From positions 1 to 64,000 of the IMG/VR virus record IMGVR_UViG_3300021255_000140: a DNA stretch of 64,000 nucleotides; one strand, given 5' to 3'. How positions within the stretch are numbered: position 1 is the first letter of the stretch; each line of letters opens with the position of its first letter. The DNA comes from a virus (lineage: Duplodnaviria; Caudoviricetes). The notes beneath the pieces were generated by a model. The model did not search any database. It saw nothing but the letters and a program-made list of their open reading frames with translations, and was not told where the DNA came from. Both the position numbers and the translations under genes were made by a program. Positions 1-9,924 of the stretch are shown here, piece by piece.

Positions 1-618
1 CCCGGCATCAGCCAGTGCTTTCTTTATGATTGCTGGTATCGGCACAATTCTGCGCTCTATGATAGGAGATGTGGCACCGAAAATAGCGTCGCCGTCAAGT
101 GCATAAGCATCTTCGTCCACACAAGTGTCATACGGAGTCAGTGAGTTTGGAATCACCTTTACTTTGTTTTCATTGTTTGCCTCAAGAAGGATGACGCCAG
201 CGGTGACGCCAGTTACGGCGTTTACGGTAAGCACATCCACATCTTCTTTCGTACTGTCAATCGCGGTAACGGTAATAGCCGTTCCAGCGGTAGAAAGGTC
301 TTCTGGAGTCACGATGAGTTTCATTCCGACTTTAGCGCGTGTACCTTCCTCGTTCTTAACGACGCTTATGGTCTTGTTCTCAGTATCGATGCTTTTTACT
401 TCAAAGGCATACATCGGTACAATGGTACGGTTTACCTCATCCGCTAAAACGGGTGTAAACGCAGGCAGTACATTGCCGGATGCAGGGAGTACGTCAAGGG
501 ACGGGAATTTGAAACCGCCGACCAACATCCACGGGGCTTCATGTCCTTCATAAGCCTTGCGCACGCCACCCCATTTTTTGGAGAATTTTACGTAGTTGTT
601 TAATGTTCCTGTTCGCAT
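1..618 (-). CDS. Head decoration/capsid-associated protein (3' end outside window)
   Basis: Hand-translated open frame MRTGTLNNYVKFSKKWGG... of 206 codons running off the left edge (absent from ORF track); beta-rich, directly after the scaffold gene. Confidence 0.55.
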   Translation of the reverse strand, partial: MRTGTLNNYVKFSKKWGGVRKAYEGHEAPWMLVGGFKFPSLDVLPASGNVLPAFTPVLADEVNRTIVPMYAFEVKSIDTENKTISVVKNEEGTRAKVGMKLIVTPEDLSTAGTAITVTAIDSTKEDVDVLTVNAVTGVTAGVILLEANNENKVKVIPNSLTPYDTCVDEDAYALDGDAIFGATSPIIERRIVPIPAIIKKALADAG

Positions 619-639
619 AGCTTTTGTTTTAAGTTGTTG

Positions 640-1431
640 TTATTTTGCAAACACAATGCTATCCGCGTAATTCTGGTTGTCTTTCTGTTTGTCTGTGAGA
701 CGTTGAATGTAGCTGTCGTACAAGTCTTTCTTGTCACCGCCACCTGCACCGTCTCCGCCGAATGGCTTGCCACCATCTGCATAGTACCGCTTGTAACGCT
801 TCTCGTATGCAGAAATGGCAGCCTGTTTCAGGCCATCAAACGTCGGGGCATCTCCGTATTCAATGTCGTCAAGGGCATCGTCTACGCAGGCCTCATTGTT
901 TGCCTTCAATTCAAGAAGGTGTTTCTTCAACTCGTTTCTTACGCTGTTTTTCTTCTCGGTTTTTTCCCGTTCTGTCTGTGACTTGATAAACGCAGAGAGA
1001 GTCTTGTTGAGCTTACCGAAATCGCTTTCTTCTCCGGTCAATTTTCCGAGAGCGTCAGCAACGGCAGCGTTGATTTTTTCTTCAATTCCATCTACCTCTT
1101 CTACTTTCTTTTCAGGATGAGCTTTTTTGTAATCTTCCACAGCTTTCTCCGTGGCCTGGCGAATACGCTCTGCGACATCTTTCTCATGTTGCGTGGTGTA
1201 CTCGTTCTTGAATTTTTCAGCAAAGTTTTTCTCGTCAAAACGCTTTTGACCGGCAAATTCAACAAGAGTTGTCACGGGAAGTTTCCATGTTTCATCGGTA
1301 ATCTTTGAATCATCGGCGAACATCGGAAGATACACATTGGCAATACCTTCAAAGGTTCTGTCACTGATAGACTTGCAGTTGTCTTCTCCAACCTTTGCCT
1401 TCAAATTTTCAATTAAAATGTCTTTCTCCAT
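640..1431 (-). CDS. Probable capsid scaffolding protein
   Basis: 263 aa, charged coiled-coil with Gly-rich linker (GGDGAGGG) before a short C-terminal helix; first gene of leftward head operon. Confidence 0.6.
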   Translation of the reverse strand: MEKDILIENLKAKVGEDNCKSISDRTFEGIANVYLPMFADDSKITDETWKLPVTTLVEFAGQKRFDEKNFAEKFKNEYTTQHEKDVAERIRQATEKAVEDYKKAHPEKKVEEVDGIEEKINAAVADALGKLTGEESDFGKLNKTLSAFIKSQTEREKTEKKNSVRNELKKHLLELKANNEACVDDALDDIEYGDAPTFDGLKQAAISAYEKRYKRYYADGGKPFGGDGAGGGDKKDLYDSYIQRLTDKQKDNQNYADSIVFAK

Positions 1432-1501
1432 TTCTTAGATTTTTAGGATAGCATTTCTTGCTTTTAATTACATTTGGTTAACAATGTTTAACATTTGTTT
1501 G

Positions 1502-1602
1502 CAAAAATAAATTTAGCAGATATTCCAAAGAATATTTTCTGTTGGAAATCTTCTCATTTCCAATATATTTTATTGAACGAAAATCGTATATGTGTACTTT
1601 TG
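1502..1602. promoter_or_regulatory. Divergent Bacteroidota-type -7 promoter elements
   Basis: TATTTTTG on minus strand (1502-1509) and TACTTTTG on plus strand (1595-1602) match TAnnTTTG, each upstream of an operon. Confidence 0.55.
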
Positions 1603-1620
1603 CTATGGAAATTCTTATCT

Positions 1621-4371
1621 ATGAAAGATACGCAAGACTATAGATCTCTGTTCACAAAAGACGGGAAGAAAATCGTTTCACATGAAACAATAGAGAAACT
1701 TAGGAACCAGGAAAATCAAGACGGAGAAGATTATTTCATTGCTCAGGACGGGGCGCAGGAGAACGGGCTTGGAAGTTCAGCCGACATTGTCGTTTTCGGC
1801 GGCAATAGAGGTGGAGGAAAGGCAAACCCGAACACGACACCTGTCGCAACGCCTTCCGGTTACAGAAAGATGGGCGACCTTGAAGTAGGCGACCTGATTT
1901 GTACACCGTATAATGGTGTCCAGAAAGTTAAGGCTATTTTTGAGCAAGGAGAACATACCGTATATCACTTTTATTTTGACGATGGCACTTGCATCACATG
2001 CATGGACAATCACAGGTTTTGGGCACGAATAGATCCTGCTGATGATTTTCATGAAATGGGAGCGAGGGAGATTATGGACAATTATGTTATTGACAAGCCG
2101 TACCCTGTTTCTTTGAGAAAAGGAAAGACTTTCTATGCGGAAATCCCTCTTTGCGGAGAGGTTGAGATGAATGAGAAAATGACGCCGATAGACCTTCCCA
2201 TACACCCTTTCCTTCTCGGGTATATCAGCGGAACGGGGTACTGGCACTTTGAAACATCGGGATTGCGGCTTTCAAAGGATGTCTTTGTTGCGTCACTTTT
2301 CAAAAATATCGGATATAGGATAAAGAAAGACCTCAAAAGCGGATTTTACAGACTACGCGGACTAACTGAAGAAAACAGGAGAAAGATTACATGTAGCAGG
2401 TCGCGACAGCTTGCAAAGATTCCTCATGACTACAAAACTGCGTCTATTGAATCAAGATGGGCGTATCTCCGCGGGATTATGTTTCAGAACGGGAGGTCAA
2501 TGCACAAGCATCCTTATCTTGCCCTCCCGAACAAAAAACTCATAGAGGACGTAGCTGACATGGCGAGGTCGCTCGGAATTTGGGCAAGAGTGTCGCAGGT
2601 GGACGATGACCCAGAGACAATCGGTTTCTGGAAGGTGTCTTTTGTCGCTCCAGATGATGGTCGTCTCTTTCAAAAAGTTTGTTTTGCGAACAGGGCACAT
2701 GTCAATGCAAATACACCGAAAAGTCCAAATACCAAAAATGTACTCACAAAGAGACTCACACATATAGTCAAGAGCAAGAATAAGCAGAACTGCAGGTGTA
2801 TCACAGTCACAGGCAGGGACCATCTGTACATGACGAACAGTTACAATATAAACCACAATACGGTCACAATGCTTATGGAGCCGTTGTACGACATAGGAAA
2901 CAAGTATTTCAACGGTATGATATTCCGAAAGAACAAGGATGATTTTGAGAATATCATTAATGAAAGCATGAGGTGGTTTTATCGTCTCGGCCAATACAAC
3001 AAATCGAAATCTGATATGACCTGGTATTTCAAGTCAGGTGCGAAACTCGGTCTTACAACTTACGACATGCCTATGTCGGACTTTGATGTGAAATACCGCG
3101 GTCAGCAGTTTGCGTATATCGGCATCGACGAGTTGCCGCAGATGCCGTTTGAGATGTTCAAGTTTCTAATGACCTCTAACCGTAATACTGTTGGCGTACA
3201 TTCCCGCATTCTCGGCACTTGCAATCCTGACCCTCTGAGTTGGCTAAGAAAATTCCTTGACTGGTGGATAGGAAAAGAAGATACTATATATTCGGACGGG
3301 AAAAAACACCCTGAGTGGAAGGGCTTTGCCATACCAGAGAGAAACGGCAAGGTAAGATATTGTTACATGCCGGACGATTCGGTTGACAATATTATCTGGG
3401 GTGATACACCGGAAGAGGTATATAGGCAGTGCCGGGAACTTATTGATGACGCATGGGACCCTGAGTGGGAACAGTACGGATATACGAAGACATCGTTTTT
3501 TGTCAAATCTGTGACATTCATAAAGGCATCACTGAGTGACAACAAGGCTCTCCTCAAGAACGATCCGGGATATATCGCAAGTCTTCTCAATCAGCCGCCG
3601 GAGGTAAGGGCGAGGGAGTTTGATGGTAATTGGGATGTTGTCAAGGTGGGTTCTGACATGATTCAGGCTTTCCATCTCGACAAGGTTTTCCAAAATTCCC
3701 ACATGACTGGCGACAAGGTAAGGAGGGCAACGTGCGATGTAGCCGGAGATGGAGGAGATAACTGCGTTACTTGGTTCTGGATTGGATGGCATGTCGCTGA
3801 CGTGTTCGTGTGTAGGAGAGACCCGTATACGACCTCTTCTATGATTAGGGCAAAGTTACAGGAATGGGGCGTTTTGGAGGAGAATTTTACATACGACCTC
3901 AACGGAATAGGGCAAGTCCTGAAAGGAGCGTTCCCAAGAGCTATCCCTTTCAACAATCAGGAGGCGGTTGATGCGAGAGACAAAAACTTGTACGACAACA
4001 AAAAATCTCAGTGTGCCTACAAGTTCGCCGAGAGGACTCAACAGGCAGGATGGAGTATAGAAAGGACACTGCTCGAAAGAAAATATTCTGTAGGGAAGGA
4101 CACGAAAAAGCTGTACGACATCCTGCAGATTGAAAGGAAATGTGTCAAGCAGGACATGTCGAAAGCCGACAGAGGTTGGTGTTTGATACACAAGGAACAA
4201 ATGAAGAACAAGAGCCTTGTCGGGCACTCTCCCGACTTTTTTGAGGCTCTGTTCATGCGAGAAATCTTTGACATCAAAAACACCCAGGCGGTTATACCTG
4301 GTTGGATAAATCGCGAAAAAATAAAGGGTGTAAGGAAATTTACGACAAGAAGACTAACAGTGAGGCCATGA
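1621..4371 (+). CDS. terL: Terminase large subunit with intein
   Basis: Walker A GGNRGGGK/T, Walker B YIGIDE, coupling motif GTCNP, nuclease motifs CDVAGDGGD and HSPDFFEAL; followed by portal; start set at ATG 1621. Confidence 0.93.
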   Translation: MKDTQDYRSLFTKDGKKIVSHETIEKLRNQENQDGEDYFIAQDGAQENGLGSSADIVVFGGNRGGGKANPNTTPVATPSGYRKMGDLEVGDLICTPYNGVQKVKAIFEQGEHTVYHFYFDDGTCITCMDNHRFWARIDPADDFHEMGAREIMDNYVIDKPYPVSLRKGKTFYAEIPLCGEVEMNEKMTPIDLPIHPFLLGYISGTGYWHFETSGLRLSKDVFVASLFKNIGYRIKKDLKSGFYRLRGLTEENRRKITCSRSRQLAKIPHDYKTASIESRWAYLRGIMFQNGRSMHKHPYLALPNKKLIEDVADMARSLGIWARVSQVDDDPETIGFWKVSFVAPDDGRLFQKVCFANRAHVNANTPKSPNTKNVLTKRLTHIVKSKNKQNCRCITVTGRDHLYMTNSYNINHNTVTMLMEPLYDIGNKYFNGMIFRKNKDDFENIINESMRWFYRLGQYNKSKSDMTWYFKSGAKLGLTTYDMPMSDFDVKYRGQQFAYIGIDELPQMPFEMFKFLMTSNRNTVGVHSRILGTCNPDPLSWLRKFLDWWIGKEDTIYSDGKKHPEWKGFAIPERNGKVRYCYMPDDSVDNIIWGDTPEEVYRQCRELIDDAWDPEWEQYGYTKTSFFVKSVTFIKASLSDNKALLKNDPGYIASLLNQPPEVRAREFDGNWDVVKVGSDMIQAFHLDKVFQNSHMTGDKVRRATCDVAGDGGDNCVTWFWIGWHVADVFVCRRDPYTTSSMIRAKLQEWGVLEENFTYDLNGIGQVLKGAFPRAIPFNNQEAVDARDKNLYDNKKSQCAYKFAERTQQAGWSIERTLLERKYSVGKDTKKLYDILQIERKCVKQDMSKADRGWCLIHKEQMKNKSLVGHSPDFFEALFMREIFDIKNTQAVIPGWINREKIKGVRKFTTRRLTVRP
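1822..2859 (+). other. Intein (346 aa, Ala1, probably class 3) with degenerate LAGLIDADG domain
   Basis: Inserted after Walker A GK; starts ANPNTTPVATPSG..MGDLEVGD, block B CMDNHRFW, block F CRCITV, ends INHN/T; LAGLIDADG-like FLLGYISGTG and YLRGIMFQNG. Confidence 0.9.
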
Positions 4372-6146
4372 TAGAAAACATTACTAAATCAAAGAAAGAA
4401 CTACGGGAACTTCTTACGAAGAAACCGTTTACGAGGATTTGTCCAGACGGACATTACGACCACGGATATGTTGTTGGCGAGGTGACTGAAACTGCGCTGC
4501 CACAAGACAGGTTGCGGAGAAAAATTGTCACGCAGGAGGACTTCATGCGGGAATATGACCCTGCCGGGCACATCATCAATGACAAAACTCTGTACCCAGA
4601 TGTGTGGCAGAAAAACGATGAAGACGGAAAGTGGTACATACAGGAGATACCAAGATATGCATTCTCTTTCCAGCAGATAATTCTCATAAAGCATCTGACG
4701 CACCTTTGCGGAAACGATATACAGTTTGAGCTTTCTGACAAGACGGTCAGCGAAGAGAAAAGCAAGATATACAATGCTTTCCGAAACGGATGGGCTAACA
4801 AAAACATGGAGGTAGCATGGTATCATCTCGCCAAATCCGTAAAAGCGACAGGTGATGGTGCCTTTGTCGGATATATGGATGACGGAAAATTCGGATGGAA
4901 AGTGCTGTCGTTCCTTGATGGGGACAAACTTTTTCCGCATTATGATTTCCGTAGCGGACGAATGAATTTGTTCGCAAGGTCATATAAAAACTACGATGCG
5001 GATGGACGTGTAACAAAAAAATATATAGATGTATGGGATGACGAATTTTACTATCGCTTCTGCGAGGAAGGAGACCCGTCGGTATTCGACAAAATAAAAA
5101 ACATCGCGCTTTACGGATTCTCCGCATCAGGGTACAAACTGGAAGTCAAGGAGAAACACCAGTTCGATACTATCCCGGTCGCTTATTTCCGTGATGATTT
5201 CGGTCCTTGCTGGACATTCTCAGAAGAAACGATAGAGAATTACGAGATAGCCTTTTCAAATCTTGCTCACAGCAATCACGATTTTGGTTTGCCAATTATG
5301 TATGTGAAAGGTGAAGGAAGCGAGGAGGTTACTACGCAGGATATGTCATACGCTTCCAAGATTATGATACTGCCTACTGACGGCGAAATAGGTTTCTTGA
5401 ATAGACAGGATGCAAGCAACGCTTACAAAGCTGAACTTGACAAGCTTGAGGAATGCATATACAAGCAGTCTTTTGCCGTGAAGACTCCGGAACTAAAGAG
5501 CGGTGATACACCAGGCGTCGCTTTGAAAATAATGTATTCAGATGCGTTTGAGAAGGCGATGAGCGATGCCCAGGAATATGACGGATGTGTAGATAAAATC
5601 GTTGATATTTTCATCTGGGGATATGGCGTCGAGACAGAACAAAGATTGAATTTCCTCAATACGAGTATAAGGCATTATATTGAGCCGTATATTCATGTCA
5701 ACTATTCCGAATTGATAACAAATCTCAACACTGCCGTAGTCGGTAAGTTCATCTCCCGCCAGACGGCGAGCGAGAAGAACCCTTACGCTACGCCAAACGA
5801 GTGGGAGAGAATTTGTCAGGAGGAACACGACGCACAGATGAATCAATTGCTCCTTGAAGAACAGAAACTTGAGATGCAGTCCGAAATCAATGTGGCAACA
5901 CAGGAACAGCTTTCAGATATTCAGACAGAGCAGACGATTGCTGTCAGCAATGCAGAGAAAGATGAAACATCTGAAACAAAAAGCGCAGGGCGTGCAAAAA
6001 GCAAGCATTCTGTAGCGACTGGGCGCGGTCGCAAAAGAGGAAGACCGGACATGCTTTCAAAAAGATTTGACGCAAACGGAAACGAGATAGATGAGACGAC
6101 TGGAAAAGCCAAGAGCAAGTGGGATGACTATAATAAAACTCATTGA
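4368..6146 (+). CDS. Portal protein (SPP1-like)
   Basis: ATGA-coupled to terL, 592 aa, SGDTPGVALKIMY and ISRQTA motifs typical of SPP1 gp6-like portals. Confidence 0.85.
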   Translation: MIENITKSKKELRELLTKKPFTRICPDGHYDHGYVVGEVTETALPQDRLRRKIVTQEDFMREYDPAGHIINDKTLYPDVWQKNDEDGKWYIQEIPRYAFSFQQIILIKHLTHLCGNDIQFELSDKTVSEEKSKIYNAFRNGWANKNMEVAWYHLAKSVKATGDGAFVGYMDDGKFGWKVLSFLDGDKLFPHYDFRSGRMNLFARSYKNYDADGRVTKKYIDVWDDEFYYRFCEEGDPSVFDKIKNIALYGFSASGYKLEVKEKHQFDTIPVAYFRDDFGPCWTFSEETIENYEIAFSNLAHSNHDFGLPIMYVKGEGSEEVTTQDMSYASKIMILPTDGEIGFLNRQDASNAYKAELDKLEECIYKQSFAVKTPELKSGDTPGVALKIMYSDAFEKAMSDAQEYDGCVDKIVDIFIWGYGVETEQRLNFLNTSIRHYIEPYIHVNYSELITNLNTAVVGKFISRQTASEKNPYATPNEWERICQEEHDAQMNQLLLEEQKLEMQSEINVATQEQLSDIQTEQTIAVSNAEKDETSETKSAGRAKSKHSVATGRGRKRGRPDMLSKRFDANGNEIDETTGKAKSKWDDYNKTH

Positions 6147-6148
6147 AG

Positions 6149-6754
6149 ATGAAAGATTGGACAGGAAACGGTAATTCTATCTGGAAGACTTTAGGCGCAA
6201 GCAATCACACCGATAAAGAACGTGAAACAAATGATTTTTATGCGACAGACCCCGTAGCGATTGACCTTTTGAAAAAGAAGATTGACCTCCCGGAGCAGAT
6301 TCTTGAACCTGCTTGTGGCAACGGATGTCTGTCCGAAAGGCTAAAGAAGTTAGGTCATGATGTTAAGTCTTACGACTTGATAGACAGAGGATATGGCAAG
6401 GTGCAGGATTTCTTTACGATGCATAAGCCACCGTTTGAAGGTGATTTCGCAATAGTTACTAACCCTCCTTATTCTCTGTCACTTCCTTTCGTGCTGCACT
6501 CTCTCGAACTCGTTCCGGAAGACTCATTGGTATGTATGTTCTTGAAAACAACTTTCGCAGAAGGCAAAGGTCGCTTTAATAAGTTGTTCAGCGTATATCC
6601 ACCTATAAAGGTTTTGCAATGCATAGAGCGTGTTCTATGCGCGAAGAATGCGGACTTTGACTACATGCGCAAGCACGGAGGAAGTGCAGTGAGTTACTGC
6701 TGGTGGGTATTCAAGAAAGGGTACAAGGGAAATACCACGTTAGATTGGGTTTAG
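6149..6754 (+). CDS. DNA amino (N6-adenine) methyltransferase
   Basis: NDFYAT, motif I LEPACGNG, motif IV TNPPY. Confidence 0.85.
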   Translation: MKDWTGNGNSIWKTLGASNHTDKERETNDFYATDPVAIDLLKKKIDLPEQILEPACGNGCLSERLKKLGHDVKSYDLIDRGYGKVQDFFTMHKPPFEGDFAIVTNPPYSLSLPFVLHSLELVPEDSLVCMFLKTTFAEGKGRFNKLFSVYPPIKVLQCIERVLCAKNADFDYMRKHGGSAVSYCWWVFKKGYKGNTTLDWV

Positions 6755-6757
6755 GGC

Positions 6758-8143
6758 ATGGCTGGAAGCATAAAGATAAGGCTGGATGAGTCAAGATACA
6801 TACCTCCGACGCAGGATGACATACGTGAAGCAAAGCAGTATGTCCTGCGCCGCGAGGACAATGCAAGGCAATTGAGGGATAGCGTAGACGAGGTCCTGTC
6901 CAATCTTGCTGAGGACATCGTTACTTGCTGTTATAAATACAATGTAGATCCTTACACGTTTACCATATCATCATCCTACAACGAGGATATGATGGCCGAA
7001 ATCTCAGATTTCATGGATGATGCGGAGTTGGAGATACTTGACCTCATATACGACTATTCCACAAAGGCTACGAAGGACAACGACCATATCGCGGCTCTCA
7101 TCGCATGGCTCGCCACGCTCGGACGTGGCAACCGAAATCTTCAGGACACACTTGACGGTTATCTCTACAAGACGATGAAGGACTTTGAGGCCGCTATCGC
7201 CGCCATGCGTTTCATGGGTGTGAAACTATCTGATGCTGTCACAAAGCTGAAGACCTACATGCATTCCGTCTATACAATGCCCGAAGTGCTCACTGCTTTC
7301 CGCAGACGTCAGAATTTCAACGCCGCTTACATCCGGCTCGGCGGCGTGCAGCCCGGCGCAGTCGGTCTTTCCAACAACGGCAGCACAAACGTCACAAACA
7401 TGGCGACAATCACATCGCAGATGGCGTGGATGAGAGAGCAGGGCATCCAGATGAGAGAAAGCGGTGCATCAGGATATTATCAACTCCGCGGGAGCACTTT
7501 CAACTGTGACCTGTGCGATGACGAGGTCGGTTTTCATCCCAATCTTGACGAGATAGAAACTGCACCATATCCGCATCCGCACTGCAAATGCTACAGGGTG
7601 CCGATATATCCTGTTGAGGATAGCAGTATTTCAGAAAACACGGCAAGGAAGAATCGCCGTGAGGAATACGAGAGACTTTTACAAGATCCGAATTATAAAG
7701 ATGTTGAATATAATCCTGAAAACGGAGGATTGAAAGCGACACACATATATCATAATTTTGATAAAATAGGCGGCAAGTATGAAAAGCATGTGCAAAACGC
7801 AGGATTCAAGGCAGGTCATTCTGTGATTTTCGGCGCGGAAGTAGGTGATGTTATTGGACAGAGATTTACCGAGGGCACTTGGGATGGAATGAGATTTGAG
7901 GTGGCAGGACGTGAAACAGCTACATCAATCAATATTCTAAGGGGACTTAAGCATTGCGCGTCAAAAAGAAACACAGAAATTGCGATATTAGATTTCCCCA
8001 AAGGAGGTTTTAACCTTTCAACTCTGGAAAACGGTATAAGTCGTTACCGTGGGCTTGCGCCACTAAATGACGGGCAATATCTCAAATTTAGGAAGATAAT
8101 TTGCGTGCAGGATGAAGTCGTTGTCTACGAGCAAGATTTCTAA
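6758..8143 (+). CDS. MuF/gp7-like head morphogenesis protein with C-terminal nuclease/toxin-like extension
   Basis: CDLC...PHPHCKC metal motif of MuF; about 170 aa tail (GGLKATH...EGTWDGMRFEVAG...IAILDF) resembling CdiA-CT/PD-(D/E)XK-like domains. Confidence 0.75.
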   Translation: MAGSIKIRLDESRYIPPTQDDIREAKQYVLRREDNARQLRDSVDEVLSNLAEDIVTCCYKYNVDPYTFTISSSYNEDMMAEISDFMDDAELEILDLIYDYSTKATKDNDHIAALIAWLATLGRGNRNLQDTLDGYLYKTMKDFEAAIAAMRFMGVKLSDAVTKLKTYMHSVYTMPEVLTAFRRRQNFNAAYIRLGGVQPGAVGLSNNGSTNVTNMATITSQMAWMREQGIQMRESGASGYYQLRGSTFNCDLCDDEVGFHPNLDEIETAPYPHPHCKCYRVPIYPVEDSSISENTARKNRREEYERLLQDPNYKDVEYNPENGGLKATHIYHNFDKIGGKYEKHVQNAGFKAGHSVIFGAEVGDVIGQRFTEGTWDGMRFEVAGRETATSINILRGLKHCASKRNTEIAILDFPKGGFNLSTLENGISRYRGLAPLNDGQYLKFRKIICVQDEVVVYEQDF

Positions 8144-8260
8144 AAATGGAACGGGAGGCTCCACTTTCGTGGTACACCCCCCGCATGTGATTAAAAGTTA
8201 CTTTTACTATTGCAAAAATACAAAGAATATCTGAAAAATCAAAGAAAATCTAAAAAAAAT

Positions 8261-8818
8261 ATGGAATTGTCGAAACAAAGACAAGCGGAAGCGAGAAAGT
8301 CAGGCGTGACCGTGCAGTATCTCGTCATGGCGGACCTGCTGTCAATAGGCTACTCGGAGCTTGATGCCTATACTATAGCCTATCCGGAGAACACCGCTCT
8401 CTCTGCATTGCAGAACAAAAGCATCAGGGAGAAAATATTGTCCTCTGTAAAGTTCAAGCATCTCGTAGAGGAAAAGTCGGCCCAGAGGAACATCGTGTTC
8501 ATGGGAGCGACAAGTGACGAAGAATTGATAGACAAGAAGAAGACCGCAAAGCTGATACTGACTACGGCCTTGAAACTGCCAACGGACAGCAAGGAGCGCA
8601 TAGAGGGACTGATGAAGTACAGCGACCTGATGGGCTACAAGAAGGACGAAGTGGAGAACGACAATACGGACACCATCAATTTCTTCCTGCCGCTCAAGTG
8701 TGACAAATGTCCGCTGCTTGCGGCATACAACGAATACATGAAAGAAACAGGAGGGCAGGAGATAAAGCCCGTCGAGATGGGCAGGCTTCTCTCTGCGGAC
8801 GACATAAAAAAAAGGTGA
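8261..8818 (+). CDS. Hypothetical protein, possible terminase small subunit
   Basis: N-terminal AY..AY HTH-like helices, helical core, C-terminal CxxC; last gene of packaging operon. Confidence 0.4.
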   Translation: MELSKQRQAEARKSGVTVQYLVMADLLSIGYSELDAYTIAYPENTALSALQNKSIREKILSSVKFKHLVEEKSAQRNIVFMGATSDEELIDKKKTAKLILTTALKLPTDSKERIEGLMKYSDLMGYKKDEVENDNTDTINFFLPLKCDKCPLLAAYNEYMKETGGQEIKPVEMGRLLSADDIKKR

Positions 8819-8844
8819 TGTTGTTGCATCACCTTTCTTTTTTT
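8811..8844. terminator. Bidirectional intrinsic terminator
   Basis: AAAGGTGATG-ttgttg-CATCACCTTT flanked by A-run and T-run between convergent genes. Confidence 0.8.
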
Positions 8845-9410
8845 CATTTCTCCAGAATGTCCATCGCCTGTTCCGCGATTTCATCCTTGCGCTCGTCTTC
8901 CGCGGACGGCTCGGCGCGGGAAGTCGCATAGTCCTTGTACCATTCCTTAAATTTTTCGATTGTTTCCGTGACTTTCTCCTTGAAGTCCTCGTTGCTGAGG
9001 ACATCCGGGTTCACATAGACCTGCGTGACGGCCTGCAGCCCCGTGTGGTAGTAGCCGTTGCTGACACATGACACATATAGCATGTTCGACATGACGGTGC
9101 TGAGGTATTCCTGCCCGCGTGCCTTCTTGCTTGCATCGTCGCTCTTGTACCACTGGTATGCCACCGTCAGCATTCCGAACATCTCAAATGTCTGCGGGAT
9201 GCGTATGGAGAAACTGCCGTCGGCGTTGCTAATGTTGATGCATTCAATGTCTACTTTCCGCGCGACAGCCTTCTTCTTGCCGCCACTTTCCTCTGCCACC
9301 TGTCGGCGTTGTTCCTCTGACGGGCTGACAGTCAAGGCCATCTTGCTTCTCCACATTTTGAAGTTGCCTACGCGACACGGCTTGACGAATGGTATTTTTG
9401 CTTCTTCCAT
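8844..9410 (-). CDS. Hypothetical protein
   Basis: 188 aa ORF in leftward operon. Confidence 0.7.
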   Translation of the reverse strand: MEEAKIPFVKPCRVGNFKMWRSKMALTVSPSEEQRRQVAEESGGKKKAVARKVDIECINISNADGSFSIRIPQTFEMFGMLTVAYQWYKSDDASKKARGQEYLSTVMSNMLYVSCVSNGYYHTGLQAVTQVYVNPDVLSNEDFKEKVTETIEKFKEWYKDYATSRAEPSAEDERKDEIAEQAMDILEK

Positions 9411-9411
9411 G

Positions 9412-9585
9412 TTATTTCTTTTGCGCTTTTTTGCCCTTGGATTTCTGCGTTGGTTTCTTCTCTTCGCCCCCTGCGACTTCTTCCGTCTTGGAGGTGTCTT
9501 TTACAATGGCAGTTTCCACTTTTTTCGCGGTTTCAGTCTTCTCCTCTGCCTTTTGCTGGTTTCTCCCGATAATTAATCCTTCCAT
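9412..9585 (-). CDS. Small Lys/Glu-rich hypothetical protein (57 aa)
   Basis: Hand translation MEGLIIGRNQQKAEEK...KKAQKK; fills gap in operon. Confidence 0.6.
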   Translation of the reverse strand: MEGLIIGRNQQKAEEKTETAKKVETAIVKDTSKTEEVAGGEEKKPTQKSKGKKAQKK

Positions 9586-9597
9586 AAGTTAACAATT

Positions 9598-9924
9598 TTA
9601 ATGGTTTGTACATTTGTTCTTTTTGTTCAGTATTCTCTGCCACAGTGTCCTGTTTTTCAGTTCGACGACCTCTGCGGCGAGCCTTTTGATTTGCTCGTCT
9701 TTCCAGTGTTCATCCTTGATGCGCGGCATCGCTTTTCTGATGTCGTTGTAGACCATGCCGATGAGGTCGTCTGTCTGCTCGGACGCCTGCTCCAGAATGG
9801 CTGGTTTGTAAGTGGCATCCCTGAGCATGGCAGAGAAGTTCATCATTGCCTGTCGGCAAACCGTCAGGTCGCGCTCTTTTTCCTCGATGAGCCGCGTAAG
9901 TTCCATAAGTTCGTTCTTTTTCAT
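9598..9924 (-). CDS. Hypothetical coiled-coil protein
   Basis: MKKNELMEL...RTLWQRILNKK, ATGA-coupled to the helicase; real part of the 401 aa track ORF. Confidence 0.65.
   Translation of the reverse strand: MKKNELMELTRLIEEKERDLTVCRQAMMNFSAMLRDATYKPAILEQASEQTDDLIGMVYNDIRKAMPRIKDEHWKDEQIKRLAAEVVELKNRTLWQRILNKKNKCTNH

Noticed and set aside
125-553. Plus-strand 142 aa ORF
   Set aside because: Antisense shadow of the minus-strand structural gene 1-618.
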